Source: an uncultured Gammaproteobacteria bacterium
GTDB lineage: Bacteria; Pseudomonadota; Gammaproteobacteria; UBA6002
Direction of reading: 5' to 3'
Assembly (NCBI GenBank): GCA_963705725.1
Contig: CAVPKM010000016.1
Coordinates: 73,703-137,702, forward strand
Length of the DNA stretch: 64,000 bases
The notes beneath the pieces were generated by a model. That model was given only the letters and a program-made list of their open reading frames with translations. It ran no database searches and was not told the origin of the DNA. The number at the start of each line of letters is the position of its first letter. Within the stretch, counting starts at the first letter, position 1. Shown piece after piece: positions 22,735-35,033 of this stretch. A program made the position numbers and the translations under genes.

Positions 22735-23265
22735 TCACAACGGTATATTTCCTAGTAAAGGTGCTGTCGCTTGAATATAATTTTCGTGTATTTCTTTTTT
22801 AGCCACTTCAAAAAAGGTGCAAGCTACACGCATTTGAATTTCAGATGGTAAACTAATCAAGTTTGAATTATTACGATGAGCAAGAAAAGAAATAGCCTTC
22901 ATTTTTGCTGCTTCAATCTCTTGTTTTTTTTGAAAAATTTGTTTAGCTAACTCACGAACACTCTCGTTTGTATTCCATTTATAAAATAATTCTTTTGGCC
23001 TTTGGCTGAAATCAGTATGGAATATATCACCTAGAATTAGGGCATCAGCATCCTTGGTATATTCATTAGGGTCCTCCCAGCATAATTTTTTGTCCATCCA
23101 ATTAATAACAACAGCTAAATTATCTATAACAAAATGGGCGACTCCGATGCCATATTCTTGTTCTTTTTCAATAAATAATTCTTCATTTAATTTTTTTTCA
23201 AATTGGGCTTTATTGTAAATGTTTCCCAACAGGTAAAGTTTGATTTTTTCTAATTGTTGCTGCAT
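22735..23265 (-). CDS. Hypothetical protein with a C-terminal F-box-like motif
   Basis: 176-aa ORF 35 bp behind gyrB; LISLPSEIQMRVACTF. Confidence 0.65.
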   Translation of the reverse strand: MQQQLEKIKLYLLGNIYNKAQFEKKLNEELFIEKEQEYGIGVAHFVIDNLAVVINWMDKKLCWEDPNEYTKDADALILGDIFHTDFSQRPKELFYKWNTNESVRELAKQIFQKKQEIEAAKMKAISFLAHRNNSNLISLPSEIQMRVACTFFEVAKKEIHENYIQATAPLLGNIPL

Positions 23266-23300
23266 GCCTTGCCTTAGTATTTAATAAAATAAAAAAAAAT

Positions 23301-25739
<2,439 letters not shown>

Positions 25740-25755
25740 TTAATGGTTAATAACA

Positions 25756-25911
25756 GTAGCTTCCAGCACAGGATAAAAACGTCTTATTGGCGATCTTCAA
25801 ATAAAAAACTTACAAAAAACAGAATACATATCAGCGTGTATACAATTTTCAGGAAATTTTTTTTGAATCTGGCTCAAAATTAAATGTTTTAGTAATGAGC
25901 TGAATAGATAC
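25756..25911. mobile_element. Family A element, degenerate near-full-length copy
   Basis: GTAGCTTCCAGCACAGG..AAACGTC..ATCTTC..AAAAAA left arm and TTTTTGAATCTGGCTCAAAAT..GCTGAATAGATAC right arm, colinear with 12692-12863. Confidence 0.75.
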
Positions 25912-25964
25912 CTTTAAACCAAATAGGATAACACATTTTAAGAGAAGTTGCCTTGTATTTAAGG

Positions 25965-27053
25965 CTAGGTATTCATTACCTCTATTTGACCACGTTTCAC
26001 GTGGAACGTCCTTACATCTTGCATGCGTGTTAAGTCGAGCAGCTGTTCGCGTGCTATGCAGCTGATAAAGATTTGTGAATCCATCGAACTTAACCTATCT
26101 GTGATGAGCCTTCTATTTGATATATCTAATTCAGAGGCTAAGTCGTCAACGATAAAGAGGCAATGGGAATTGCTGTGTATTTTAAATGTAATTGCTTGTG
26201 CAAAACGCAGGCCGTATGTCAGCATTTTTTGTTGGCCTTGCGATAAAATTTCATGAGCAGGCGCATCTGCAACTCTTAGCCGTAAATCAGCTCGATGAGG
26301 TCCAAGATGAGTATACCCTAGTTGCTTGTCTTTATTAAAATTTAGAGAAAGAAGTTCATTGAGGGGGTGTTGTGTGTTCCAGCCAGGATAATACTGTAAA
26401 TCAATAGACAAATTTGGAAGAAACGCTGCTGCGAGGGGCTGGAATTGTTGTTTTAATAAATGATAATAATTGGTGCGATAATCGTGTAGTAGATTGGCAA
26501 TGTGGGCAAGCTCGATATCCCAAGTTTGTAACTCTTGACGAGAAGAGGTGGATTTTAATAAGGCGTTGCGCTGTTTGAGCAAGCGATTAGCTCGCTGCCA
26601 TTGTAGGTGAAAAGTGGGTTCCACGTGGAACGTACCCCAGTCGAGAAACTGACGCCTCACAGTTGGCCCTGACCCAATAAGGAGGTGACTGTCTGCATTT
26701 AGCAGTTGAACGGGGATTAATTTCGCTATTTCTACAAGGGAGTGAACGGGTTTTCCGTCAATCCGTATAATATAGTCTTGAGCAGTCCTTCCTCTTTCAA
26801 TTCCAACAGTCAGCGATAAATTTTGATTAGTGAGTTTAGCAACTAATCTGAAATTGGTTGAGTCATAATCTATGATTCTATTTAAGTTTCGGCATCTAAA
26901 CGAACGGCAAAGTGCTAGATAATAAAGCGCTTCGAGGAGACTGGTTTTTCCGCTACCATTTTCCCCATAAAAAACATTTAAATGTTGGCTGAATTCGAGA
27001 GAGGCTCGCTTGATATTTCTAAAGTTGTAAACTTCAAAGGCGCTAATTTTCAT
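25965..27053 (-). CDS. recF: DNA replication/repair protein RecF
   Basis: GENGSGKTS, GPHRADL, LSQGQQK, DDLASELD. Confidence 0.97.
   Translation of the reverse strand: MKISAFEVYNFRNIKRASLEFSQHLNVFYGENGSGKTSLLEALYYLALCRSFRCRNLNRIIDYDSTNFRLVAKLTNQNLSLTVGIERGRTAQDYIIRIDGKPVHSLVEIAKLIPVQLLNADSHLLIGSGPTVRRQFLDWGTFHVEPTFHLQWQRANRLLKQRNALLKSTSSRQELQTWDIELAHIANLLHDYRTNYYHLLKQQFQPLAAAFLPNLSIDLQYYPGWNTQHPLNELLSLNFNKDKQLGYTHLGPHRADLRLRVADAPAHEILSQGQQKMLTYGLRFAQAITFKIHSNSHCLFIVDDLASELDISNRRLITDRLSSMDSQIFISCIAREQLLDLTRMQDVRTFHVKRGQIEVMNT
25993..26008. promoter_or_regulatory. parS centromere site inside recF
   Basis: CGTTTCACGTGGAACG matches the parS consensus tGTTTCACGTGAAACa. Confidence 0.85.
26617..26632. 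promoter_or_regulatory. parS centromere site inside recF
   Basis: GGTTCCACGTGGAACG with a perfect 14-bp palindrome GTTCCACGTGGAAC. Confidence 0.87.
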
Positions 27054-27077
27054 GTGGAGATTTGTCGTAATTTTTGG

Positions 27078-28181
27078 CTATATTTTCATCGGCATGACAA
27101 CAAAAAGACTCATGTTTTCTGATTTTTCACCTTCAACTAAAATACTGCTGGTTGAATCAGACAAGGTCATTGTTACCATCTCTTCATTGATCGTATCTAA
27201 AACATCTATTAAATATTTAACATTGAAATTGATATCTAGATTGTCATATTGGTAGTCAATGTTAATTTCTTCTTCTGCTTCTTCGCTTTCAGGATTGTTA
27301 GCAATAATACGAAGCAATCCTGTTCTGAGCTGTAACTGAATGCCCCGAATTTTTTCATTGGATAGAATGGATGCTCGAGTAAGCGATTGCTTCAGCGCTT
27401 CGCGAGGTATAGAAACGGTTTTATCTCCGCCTTTAGGAATAACCCTTTCGTAATCAGGAAAGCGACCGTCAATTAATTTTGAAGTAAATACAAACTTACT
27501 TCCCGAAACCTGAAAATGATTAGACATGATGGTGACGATAATTTCTTCATCAGAATCATCGAGAAATTTTAATAATTCAATTACTCCTTTTCGAGGAATA
27601 ATAATTTGGGAAAAAACATTGTTGATTATTGCCGCCTCAATCACATTTAGCGATAGGCGGTGACCATCAGTAGCAACGCTGCGAACCGTGCCCTGCTTAA
27701 TTTCCAGTAGCATGCCATTCAAATAATAACGCACATCCTGCACAGCCATAGCAAAATAAGTTCTTTGTAGTAAAAATCGGAGATTTTTTTGCTCGATTGA
27801 AAATTCAAGTAAATGTTCTGTTTGTTCCAAGCAAGGAAATTCTTCAGCGGGTAATGTAGCCAAGGTAAAACGACTTTTGCCTGATTGAATTAATAACTTC
27901 TTGTTATCAATTGATAAATGAATAATAGACTGGTCAGGTAATGATCGGCAAATATCAACCAGCTTTCGTGCTGGAACAGTTATCGCACAGGATGAATGAG
28001 GTTGAGTAAGCGGTAAGTGGGTATGTAGCTCAACTTCAAGATCAGTTGCAATAATCGATAAATTCTCATCTATTTTTAGCAAAACATTAGATAAAATCGG
28101 TTTGGTTTGGCGCTTTTCGGCAATGCCGCTGACAAGTTGCAGTGGTTTTAAAAGCTCTTCCCGGTTGATTGATAATCTCAT
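27078..28181 (-). CDS. dnaN: DNA polymerase III beta clamp
   Basis: ATDLEV, QDVRYYLNG, ATDGHRL, FPDYERVIP, VVMPMKI. Confidence 0.99.
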   Translation of the reverse strand: MRLSINREELLKPLQLVSGIAEKRQTKPILSNVLLKIDENLSIIATDLEVELHTHLPLTQPHSSCAITVPARKLVDICRSLPDQSIIHLSIDNKKLLIQSGKSRFTLATLPAEEFPCLEQTEHLLEFSIEQKNLRFLLQRTYFAMAVQDVRYYLNGMLLEIKQGTVRSVATDGHRLSLNVIEAAIINNVFSQIIIPRKGVIELLKFLDDSDEEIIVTIMSNHFQVSGSKFVFTSKLIDGRFPDYERVIPKGGDKTVSIPREALKQSLTRASILSNEKIRGIQLQLRTGLLRIIANNPESEEAEEEINIDYQYDNLDINFNVKYLIDVLDTINEEMVTMTLSDSTSSILVEGEKSENMSLFVVMPMKI

Positions 28182-28263
28182 GTTGTACTCTTTCTCTAGT
28201 TAAGTAGTATGTCACTCTTCAGCGCGTTAATTAAAGTGGCAAAATCGTTCAAATGATTAATAA

Positions 28264-29643
28264 TTACGTGGAAAGTATACGCAGTAGAACCATATAATCT
28301 TCTTTTATGTTGATTGTTTCTGCAATCAATTCTTTAATTTTTCTACAAGCATGGAGAACTGTCGTGTGATCGCGGCCACCAAAAGCTTCGCCAATTTCAG
28401 GCAAGCTATGATTAGTTAACTCTTTAGCGAGAGCCATAGCAATTTGACGCGCCCTAGCTAGATGGCGACTTCTTCGTTTTGACAATAACTCGGTAATTTT
28501 GATTTTATAATATTCTGCGACAGTTTTTTGGATGTTTTCAATAGATACTAACTTAGCTTGTATTGCCAGAAGGTCTTTCAGTGCTTCACGAGCGAAGTCA
28601 AGAGTGATCGATTGTCCAGTAAAATGAGCATTAGCAATGACTCGTTTTAATGCACCTTCGAGCTCTCTCACATTGGATTGAATACGTTTTGCTATAAAAA
28701 AAGCCACTTCAGGGGGTAAATCTACATTAGAAAGCTCGGCTTTGCTCATTAAGATTGCTACGCGTGTTTCTAATTCGGGCGGCTCAACTGCAACCGTCAA
28801 TCCCCAACCGAAACGCGATTTCAAGCGATCTTCTAGTCCTTGAATTTCTTTAGGGTAATTGTCGCAAGAAAGCACAATTTGACGCCCGCCTTCTAGTAAG
28901 GCATTGAATGTATGGAAGAATTCCTCTTGAGAGCGATCTTTTCCAGCAAAAAATTGAATATCATCGATTAACAAGGCGTCCAGCGAACGATAGCGACGTT
29001 TAAAATCGTTCATTAAATTACGTTGCAGGGCTTTAACCATATCTGCGACAAAGCGTTCAGCATGAAGATAAAGAACATTTGCATAGGGTTTATTTTCAAG
29101 AATAATGTTGCCAACTGCATGCATGAGATGGGTTTTTCCAAGCCCCACTCCACCATAAAGCAATAGAGGATTATAACCTGTTCCTGGGTTTTCACCAACT
29201 TGTAAGGCAGCAGCTCTAGCTAACTGGTTTGATTTGCCTTCAACAAAATTATTAAAATTGAAGAGAGGATTGACATTATTGCTATTAGAAAAGGGAGAAG
29301 GTGCAGCTTGATTGGCGGTAACGGGAGGGGTTGTCGGGATTCTCGATGTTTTTTGAGTAGAGCCAATCTCGATCTTTACTAAGTAACTATTTGAACCGCT
29401 AATTTTCTTGGCCAAGAGAGCAATTTTTTGTAGAAAATGTTCATTAATCCAATCAACTACAAAGCGATTGGGGGCAAGTAGTGTCAAACAATTTTGTTCT
29501 TCTTGTGGCTGTAGAGGACGAATCCAAGTACTAAACTGATGCCCAGGAATTTCTTCTTGCAAATGGCTTAAACACTGATGCCAAACTTGCGAATCAGTTG
29601 GGCTGTTTGAATTTAAGTGTTGCAGCGCTGACATGTAATTCAC
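28264..29643 (-). CDS. dnaA: Chromosomal replication initiator DnaA (alternative start 29634)
   Basis: [35 protein letters not shown]. Confidence 0.99.
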   Translation of the reverse strand: MNYMSALQHLNSNSPTDSQVWHQCLSHLQEEIPGHQFSTWIRPLQPQEEQNCLTLLAPNRFVVDWINEHFLQKIALLAKKISGSNSYLVKIEIGSTQKTSRIPTTPPVTANQAAPSPFSNSNNVNPLFNFNNFVEGKSNQLARAAALQVGENPGTGYNPLLLYGGVGLGKTHLMHAVGNIILENKPYANVLYLHAERFVADMVKALQRNLMNDFKRRYRSLDALLIDDIQFFAGKDRSQEEFFHTFNALLEGGRQIVLSCDNYPKEIQGLEDRLKSRFGWGLTVAVEPPELETRVAILMSKAELSNVDLPPEVAFFIAKRIQSNVRELEGALKRVIANAHFTGQSITLDFAREALKDLLAIQAKLVSIENIQKTVAEYYKIKITELLSKRRSRHLARARQIAMALAKELTNHSLPEIGEAFGGRDHTTVLHACRKIKELIAETINIKEDYMVLLRILST

Positions 29644-29664
29644 CTATAAGTGTAAGAAAATTGA

Positions 29665-29717
29665 GAACCATTCAGCATTTTTTATTCGAATCTGGCTCAA
29701 ATCTGATGAATAGTTAC
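29665..29717. repeat. Family A element, internally deleted copy just upstream of dnaA
   Basis: AACCATTCAGCA..TTTATTCGAATCTGGCTCAAATCTGA..TGAATAGTTAC keeps both ends and part of the right arm. Confidence 0.78.
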
Positions 29718-29893
29718 AAAATAGATATCACAGTGAGAAGTCGTCACCGATCAATGCATAGTTTAAGCAGGAGGCAGAATGATCTCAAAAAGCGCTTGAT
29801 TAATCAATTTCTATACGAAAAAATAATCGTTGACTGTGCTTAATATACATACAACAGGTTTTTCATTCCAAGGAAGAGTTACTGGAGAATTCA

Positions 29894-30370
29894 ATGGCAA
29901 TGATACGTTACATACATGTTTTATTAGGCGTAACGCTAGCAGGTTTTTTTGTTGGCAACTATTTTTATATTAATCTAGCGATTCAGCAAAATTGCAGAAT
30001 GACATTACGTTTTATTTTAAGTAAATCATTACTAGTCGACTGTATTTTATTTTTACCTATCATTGTCATAGTTTTAGCAACAGGTAGCTACCAAGTTATT
30101 TTTTTGAATTTATCGCTGACTACTCCCTGGATCCTCTCAGCCTATTTGTTTTTTTTAGTTTTTATTATTCTCTGGTTAAGTTTGTTTTGTCTAAAAAGTT
30201 ATAACTACATTTTTGTTAAAGATTACAAAATTTTATTTAAAGGAGAGATCCTTTTCCATTGTATTAATCTCATTAGCATTATTTTATTTATAGTTATCAT
30301 CCACGATGCAATTAGAAAGGTTACATTTGTTCCTTGGGCGCATTTTATGCATAGGTATGCACTATCCTAA
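29894..30370 (+). CDS. Integral membrane protein, DUF2269-like
   Basis: About four hydrophobic segments; YIHV, ATG and PWIL pattern parallels the 31676-32158 protein. Confidence 0.6.
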   Translation: MAMIRYIHVLLGVTLAGFFVGNYFYINLAIQQNCRMTLRFILSKSLLVDCILFLPIIVIVLATGSYQVIFLNLSLTTPWILSAYLFFLVFIILWLSLFCLKSYNYIFVKDYKILFKGEILFHCINLISIILFIVIIHDAIRKVTFVPWAHFMHRYALS

Positions 30371-30389
30371 AATGCTATGGGGATGAAAA

Positions 30390-31679
30390 ATGAAAAATGA
30401 ACGAATATTAATCACAGGTGGCTATGGCTTTATAGGAAGCTATATTGTTTCAGTTTTACTTAGCCAAGGTTATGAGGTCATTATTTGTGGAAGAGGAGTT
30501 AAAAGATTCAAAAAAAGATTTCCAAATGTAAAAAGCTTAGAAATTGACTTCGCTAAAGCGCCGATGAAAGCAGGAATGAATGTACTAAATGAATTTGATT
30601 TTATTGATGTTTTGATTAATTGCGTGGGAATACTCCAAGGCAAAAAAAAGGAAATATGGAATGTACATTACTTCATGCCTAAGGCATTAATTCAGGCGGC
30701 GTTAAATAAAAATTTACAGCAAATTATTCAAATTTCTGCATTGGGAGTGGAGAAAATTGATATTCCATTTACTGAAAGTAAGCGGGCATTAGATAACTAT
30801 TTATTAACTTTAACTATCCCAGTCCAAATACTTAGGCCTTCTCTCGTTTATGCCTCCGGATCTTATGGGGGAACTTCCATGATGCGCGGTTTAGCAGGGC
30901 TCCCTGGCGTCATTCCCGTGCCAGGAAAAGAAGGACAACGTTTTCAGCCAATACATATTGAAGATCTAAGCCTTGCTGTCATGAGCCTGCTACACAATAA
31001 AAACAGCGGAATTTTGGATGCAGTAGGGCCTAAACAATATTCTTTATTTGAAATTGTAAAATTATTTAGAGAGTGGTTAGGATTTAAACATGCTTTTAAA
31101 ATTTTTATGCCAATTAACCTCGTGATAATAGCTGAAAAATTAATGAAAATTTTTCATATTAACTCAACTTTAATAAGTATGCTGACTCAAGATATTGTGA
31201 CTTCTGAAAAAGAAACAAAAAAATTTGAGCAAACAATAGGATTTATCCCCAAAAATTTTGAACAGGGTTTATTTCATTTGCCTAGCTACGTACAGGATAG
31301 ATGGCATGCTAGGCTTTATTTTTTGAGGCCTTTGCTGCGTATCTCGATAGGATTGGTTTGGATTGGAACAGGCATGACCTCCCTGTTTTTCTATCCAGAG
31401 CAAAATAGCTTGGCTCTTTTAAACACTATCTGGCCATCGCTAGCAAAATTATTTTTATATGGTTCGAGCCTTCTTGACATTGGATTGGGTTTTGCCACCC
31501 TTATCAATTATAAAATTAAAAAAGTGGGGATGAGTGAGATCATATTAATCTTATTTTACACAGTTTTGGCTAGTTTATATTTTCCTGCCCTTTGGCAAGA
31601 TCCGTTTGGTCCACTGCTAAAAAATGTGCCAATTTTAGTTGCGACCGCTGTGATGATTTATTTGGAAGATAACCGATGA
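30390..31679 (+). CDS. Atypical SDR / NAD-dependent epimerase fused to a DoxX-like membrane domain
   Basis: ILITGGYGFIG, NCVG, ISALG, FQPIHIEDL; C-terminal LWQDPFGPLLKNVP membrane domain. Confidence 0.85.
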   Translation: MKNERILITGGYGFIGSYIVSVLLSQGYEVIICGRGVKRFKKRFPNVKSLEIDFAKAPMKAGMNVLNEFDFIDVLINCVGILQGKKKEIWNVHYFMPKALIQAALNKNLQQIIQISALGVEKIDIPFTESKRALDNYLLTLTIPVQILRPSLVYASGSYGGTSMMRGLAGLPGVIPVPGKEGQRFQPIHIEDLSLAVMSLLHNKNSGILDAVGPKQYSLFEIVKLFREWLGFKHAFKIFMPINLVIIAEKLMKIFHINSTLISMLTQDIVTSEKETKKFEQTIGFIPKNFEQGLFHLPSYVQDRWHARLYFLRPLLRISIGLVWIGTGMTSLFFYPEQNSLALLNTIWPSLAKLFLYGSSLLDIGLGFATLINYKIKKVGMSEIILILFYTVLASLYFPALWQDPFGPLLKNVPILVATAVMIYLEDNR

Positions 31680-32158
31680 GTTACTCACTATTGAAAATTA
31701 TCCATGTAATAAGTGCATGCCTGCTATTTGGAACCGGTTTATCGACCGCAATATATATGTATCTCGCCCACCGTAGTCAAAATAGGGAAATTATTGCCAA
31801 CACTTTTAAAATGATTGTAAAAGGCGATTGGTATTTTACTTTACCATCAGGTTTCATCCAGTTAGCAACGGGTTTATTAATGGTAATACACTGCCGGCTG
31901 CCCTTTTTCACTTCTTTTTGGCTATGGGGGTCAACTATAGGCTATTTGATTGCAGCTTTGTGCTGGTTTCCTGTGGTTTACCTACAAATACAATTAAAAA
32001 ATATTGCCTGCCAGGCTGTGCGAGCAAATATCGGGTTACCTACTCAATATTATCTTAAATTTAAATATTGGTTTTGTTTAGGATTGCCAGCCTTTGGGAG
32101 CTTGCTGGTTGTTTTTTACCTGATGGTCAATAGAACTACCCATTTTTCTTTTTTATAA
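31676..32158 (+). CDS. DUF2269-family membrane protein
   Basis: LKIIHVISACLLFGTG, DWYFT, CWFPVVYLQ, WFCLGLPAF, FYLMV. Confidence 0.82.
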   Translation: MSYSLLKIIHVISACLLFGTGLSTAIYMYLAHRSQNREIIANTFKMIVKGDWYFTLPSGFIQLATGLLMVIHCRLPFFTSFWLWGSTIGYLIAALCWFPVVYLQIQLKNIACQAVRANIGLPTQYYLKFKYWFCLGLPAFGSLLVVFYLMVNRTTHFSFL

Positions 32159-32276
32159 GCTATAATACTTCGGTCAGTTTTGATGTCGTGGTTTTATTAT
32201 AAAGGAATATAATAATTCCGCAGTTGTACCTGAACAAAGTTAAGAAATTGCTAATTAGTCAATCGGAGAGGTTTTC

Positions 32277-32714
32277 ATGGAAGAAACTTTTCGCCGATCT
32301 TCAAAGATGAATCAGAGGGAAGGCAAACCTTCTGCATCCAAGGAGATGCGTAGTACCCTTAGTATCAGAATGTTTAAAGACGATTCAGAATTGCAGCGGA
32401 TAGAAAACGAATTAAAAGCAACAGCCAAAGCCATTATTGAAGAGTATAAAAATCTGCCAGCCATGAACTATCGCGAACAATTTAATTTGGGCGTGAAGTT
32501 AAAACGAAGCATCTTACACGCAAAGCAAAATCTAAAGGCAGTCTTCAGATATCCAGCTCAAGTAGAACAAATGTTTGAAAAAATGTGCAAAAAAACACAT
32601 AACCATTTGCTCGATGTAGTGGGTGAACAAGCCGATAAATTTGATCATGCATATAAAGATAGTATTCAACAACCTGTATCAAAAACAAATATACCGATCA
32701 GTGGCCCTAGATGA
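32277..32714 (+). CDS. Hypothetical protein (helical, charged)
   Basis: 145-aa ORF with a GAGAGG RBS; no recognisable motif. Confidence 0.7.
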   Translation: MEETFRRSSKMNQREGKPSASKEMRSTLSIRMFKDDSELQRIENELKATAKAIIEEYKNLPAMNYREQFNLGVKLKRSILHAKQNLKAVFRYPAQVEQMFEKMCKKTHNHLLDVVGEQADKFDHAYKDSIQQPVSKTNIPISGPR

Positions 32715-32808
32715 ATAGTTACGATAACTACAATGAACGTTTGTGCGTTGAACAGGCTCTTACCCAGTGAGCAGTTACTAGTGACGAATTAGGCTAGGTT
32801 TGGGACTG

Positions 32809-34446
32809 TCATGAGTTACGAAATATAATGGCTAACCCAATTATGCCAAGTATTAAATTTACTGAGACGCGATGAATAAAATAACTGTATCCCAGTGTAA
32901 AGTTTAATATTACGAGGGCAAGTAAGCTCATTCCAAATCCTAGCCATTTCTTACGGCGATCATTTTTTCTTTGATCTGTTGCTTTTTCAAAAAGACTAGC
33001 AAAATTCTGTTGCGGATTAGTTTTTTGCAAATATTGCTCAAGCAGATCAGGCAATACCAGCATTTTATTGATGAGTGAGGGGGCTTGTTGATAGATTTTT
33101 TTTAACATGGCACGTGGCCCGATTTGCTGTCTCACCCATTTTTCGAGATAGGGTTTTGCAGTAGACCATAGGTCGAGATCAGGATAAAGTTGACGCCCTA
33201 AGCCTTCAACGTTCAACATTGTTTTTTGCAATAAAAAGAATTGTGGTTGTACATCCATCTGAAATTTTCTAGTAGCTTGAAAAATCTTTAATAACAACTT
33301 TCCAATAGAGATATCCTTCAGTGGCCTTTCAAAAATGGGTTCACATACTCCTCGAATAGCGGTTTCTAATTCATCTATGCGAATTTTTCCAACCCAACCC
33401 GATTCAATGTGTAACTCGGCCACTCTGCGATAATCTCTTCTGAAAAAAGCAAGCAAATTTTCAGCCAGATAACGTTGATCTGTAGGACTTAATGTTCCCA
33501 TTATTCCGAAATCCACAGCAATATATTGAGGATTTTCTGGATTTTTTTTATTAATAAAGATATTGCCGGGATGCATGTCAGCATGAAAAAAGCTATCGCG
33601 CAAAACCTGAGTGAAAAAAATTTCCACCCCTTTTTCCGCTAATTCTTTCAAATTTATTCCAGCCTGTTTGAGTGTTTTAACATCTGAGATTGGAATTCCC
33701 GCTATTTTTTCCATGACTAAAATTCGTTGGCTAGAATATTCCCAGAAAACTTGTGGTATATAAAGTAGGGATGAATTAAGAAAATTTCTTCGTAGCTGCG
33801 AGGCATTGGCACCTTCATGAAGAAGATCTAATTCGTAGGTGAGAGATTTTTCTAATTCAGCCACAACCTCAATTGCTCGAAGTCTATCTCCATGTGGAAA
33901 AAATTTTTCGGTAAATTTTGCCACGCTATAAATAAGACTCATATCTTTATGGATAGTTTTCTCAATATTCGGTCTAATAATTTTTACAACGACTTCTTCG
34001 CCACTTTTCAATATTGCCGCGTGGACTTGTGCGATGGAAGCGGAAGCTAAGGGGGTTTCATCAAAAGCGGCAAATATTTCAGTAATCGGTTTTTTATAAT
34101 AATTTTCAAGTATATTTTTTGCTAAGCTTCCCGAAAAAGGTGGAACCTTATCTTGTAGTTTTTCTAATTCATCAGCTATATCATTCGGTATTAAATCGCG
34201 TCTAGTTGAAAGAACTTGGCCAAACTTTACGAAAATCGGACCGAGTTGTTCGAAAGCAAGTCGAATGGATTCGCCTCTTGGTTTATTTTCCTTGTTCAAC
34301 CAATGCCAGGGATTGAAATAACTAATAAAAGAAAATTGGCGCAAACTTTCAGTTGAAAGAACAACACGGTCTAAACGATTTTTTAAAAGAATAATATTAA
34401 TCTGAAATAGCCGGATAAGTTGCCTAGGTCTCTTCATTATTTTCAT
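32809..34446 (-). CDS. ubiB: Ubiquinone biosynthesis kinase-like protein UbiB
   Basis: LGPIFVKFGQ, ASASIAQVH, FFHADMHPGN, DFGIMG. Confidence 0.97.
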   Translation of the reverse strand: MKIMKRPRQLIRLFQINIILLKNRLDRVVLSTESLRQFSFISYFNPWHWLNKENKPRGESIRLAFEQLGPIFVKFGQVLSTRRDLIPNDIADELEKLQDKVPPFSGSLAKNILENYYKKPITEIFAAFDETPLASASIAQVHAAILKSGEEVVVKIIRPNIEKTIHKDMSLIYSVAKFTEKFFPHGDRLRAIEVVAELEKSLTYELDLLHEGANASQLRRNFLNSSLLYIPQVFWEYSSQRILVMEKIAGIPISDVKTLKQAGINLKELAEKGVEIFFTQVLRDSFFHADMHPGNIFINKKNPENPQYIAVDFGIMGTLSPTDQRYLAENLLAFFRRDYRRVAELHIESGWVGKIRIDELETAIRGVCEPIFERPLKDISIGKLLLKIFQATRKFQMDVQPQFFLLQKTMLNVEGLGRQLYPDLDLWSTAKPYLEKWVRQQIGPRAMLKKIYQQAPSLINKMLVLPDLLEQYLQKTNPQQNFASLFEKATDQRKNDRRKKWLGFGMSLLALVILNFTLGYSYFIHRVSVNLILGIIGLAIIFRNS

Positions 34447-35033
34447 AATTTCTTCCTTAAGCGAGTTAAGCGCATTTCAAAACGCTCGATATCCATTTTA
34501 AGCTTTCTTGTTTCTTCAAAAAAATCTTCTACCTCTTCTTGTGTGGGTAAAAGTTGTTTTTCTTCTTGAATAAATTCAATTAAATCTTCGGATGTGCGTT
34601 TAACATTGCTGTGACAAGTCTCATAAAAATTATGCCAGATTTGAGTTAACTGTTTGGCAATAACATCTCCTGTCAAATAGGAAAGATATTCTTCGCTATC
34701 AATATCAATATCTTGCAATAGCAATTTAAATTGATGCGCTAACTCAAGGTCTCCTTCAACCTGAAGCGTGGTTATTTGATTAAAAGGCAACAAATTTTTA
34801 AGGTAAGAAGGAACGGAGCCTTTAATAATAGTGTCTGGTGCTGCATCATAATATTTTTGAACAAAAATTTTTTCTTTGCGAATAAGAAAAAAAAATGATG
34901 TGGCAGTTTCTTTTAATTCAAGTTTAATCACTTTGCCAAAATGTCTTTCTTGAAAATGGGTCTTAGTTTGATTGAGTGAAAAAATTAAATTGACTGCGCG
35001 TTCTAAAACACCAGTTAGAATAACATTAATCAA
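34443..35033 (-). CDS. ubiJ: Ubiquinone biosynthesis accessory protein UbiJ
   Basis: SCP2-like N-domain (VEGDLELA, EEYLS..GD) and coiled-coil tail; between ubiE and ubiB. Confidence 0.85.
   Translation of the reverse strand: MINVILTGVLERAVNLIFSLNQTKTHFQERHFGKVIKLELKETATSFFFLIRKEKIFVQKYYDAAPDTIIKGSVPSYLKNLLPFNQITTLQVEGDLELAHQFKLLLQDIDIDSEEYLSYLTGDVIAKQLTQIWHNFYETCHSNVKRTSEDLIEFIQEEKQLLPTQEEVEDFFEETRKLKMDIERFEMRLTRLRKKL

Noticed and set aside
27045-27060. Third parS (TTTCATGTGGAGA) at the recF start, and TACGTGGAAA at the dnaA end
   Set aside because: Too many mismatches and the palindrome is broken
29383-29393. GTAACTATTTG inside dnaA as a coding insertion of family A
   Set aside because: Only a ~9-nt match in AT-rich DNA, no second end, and DnaA length is normal
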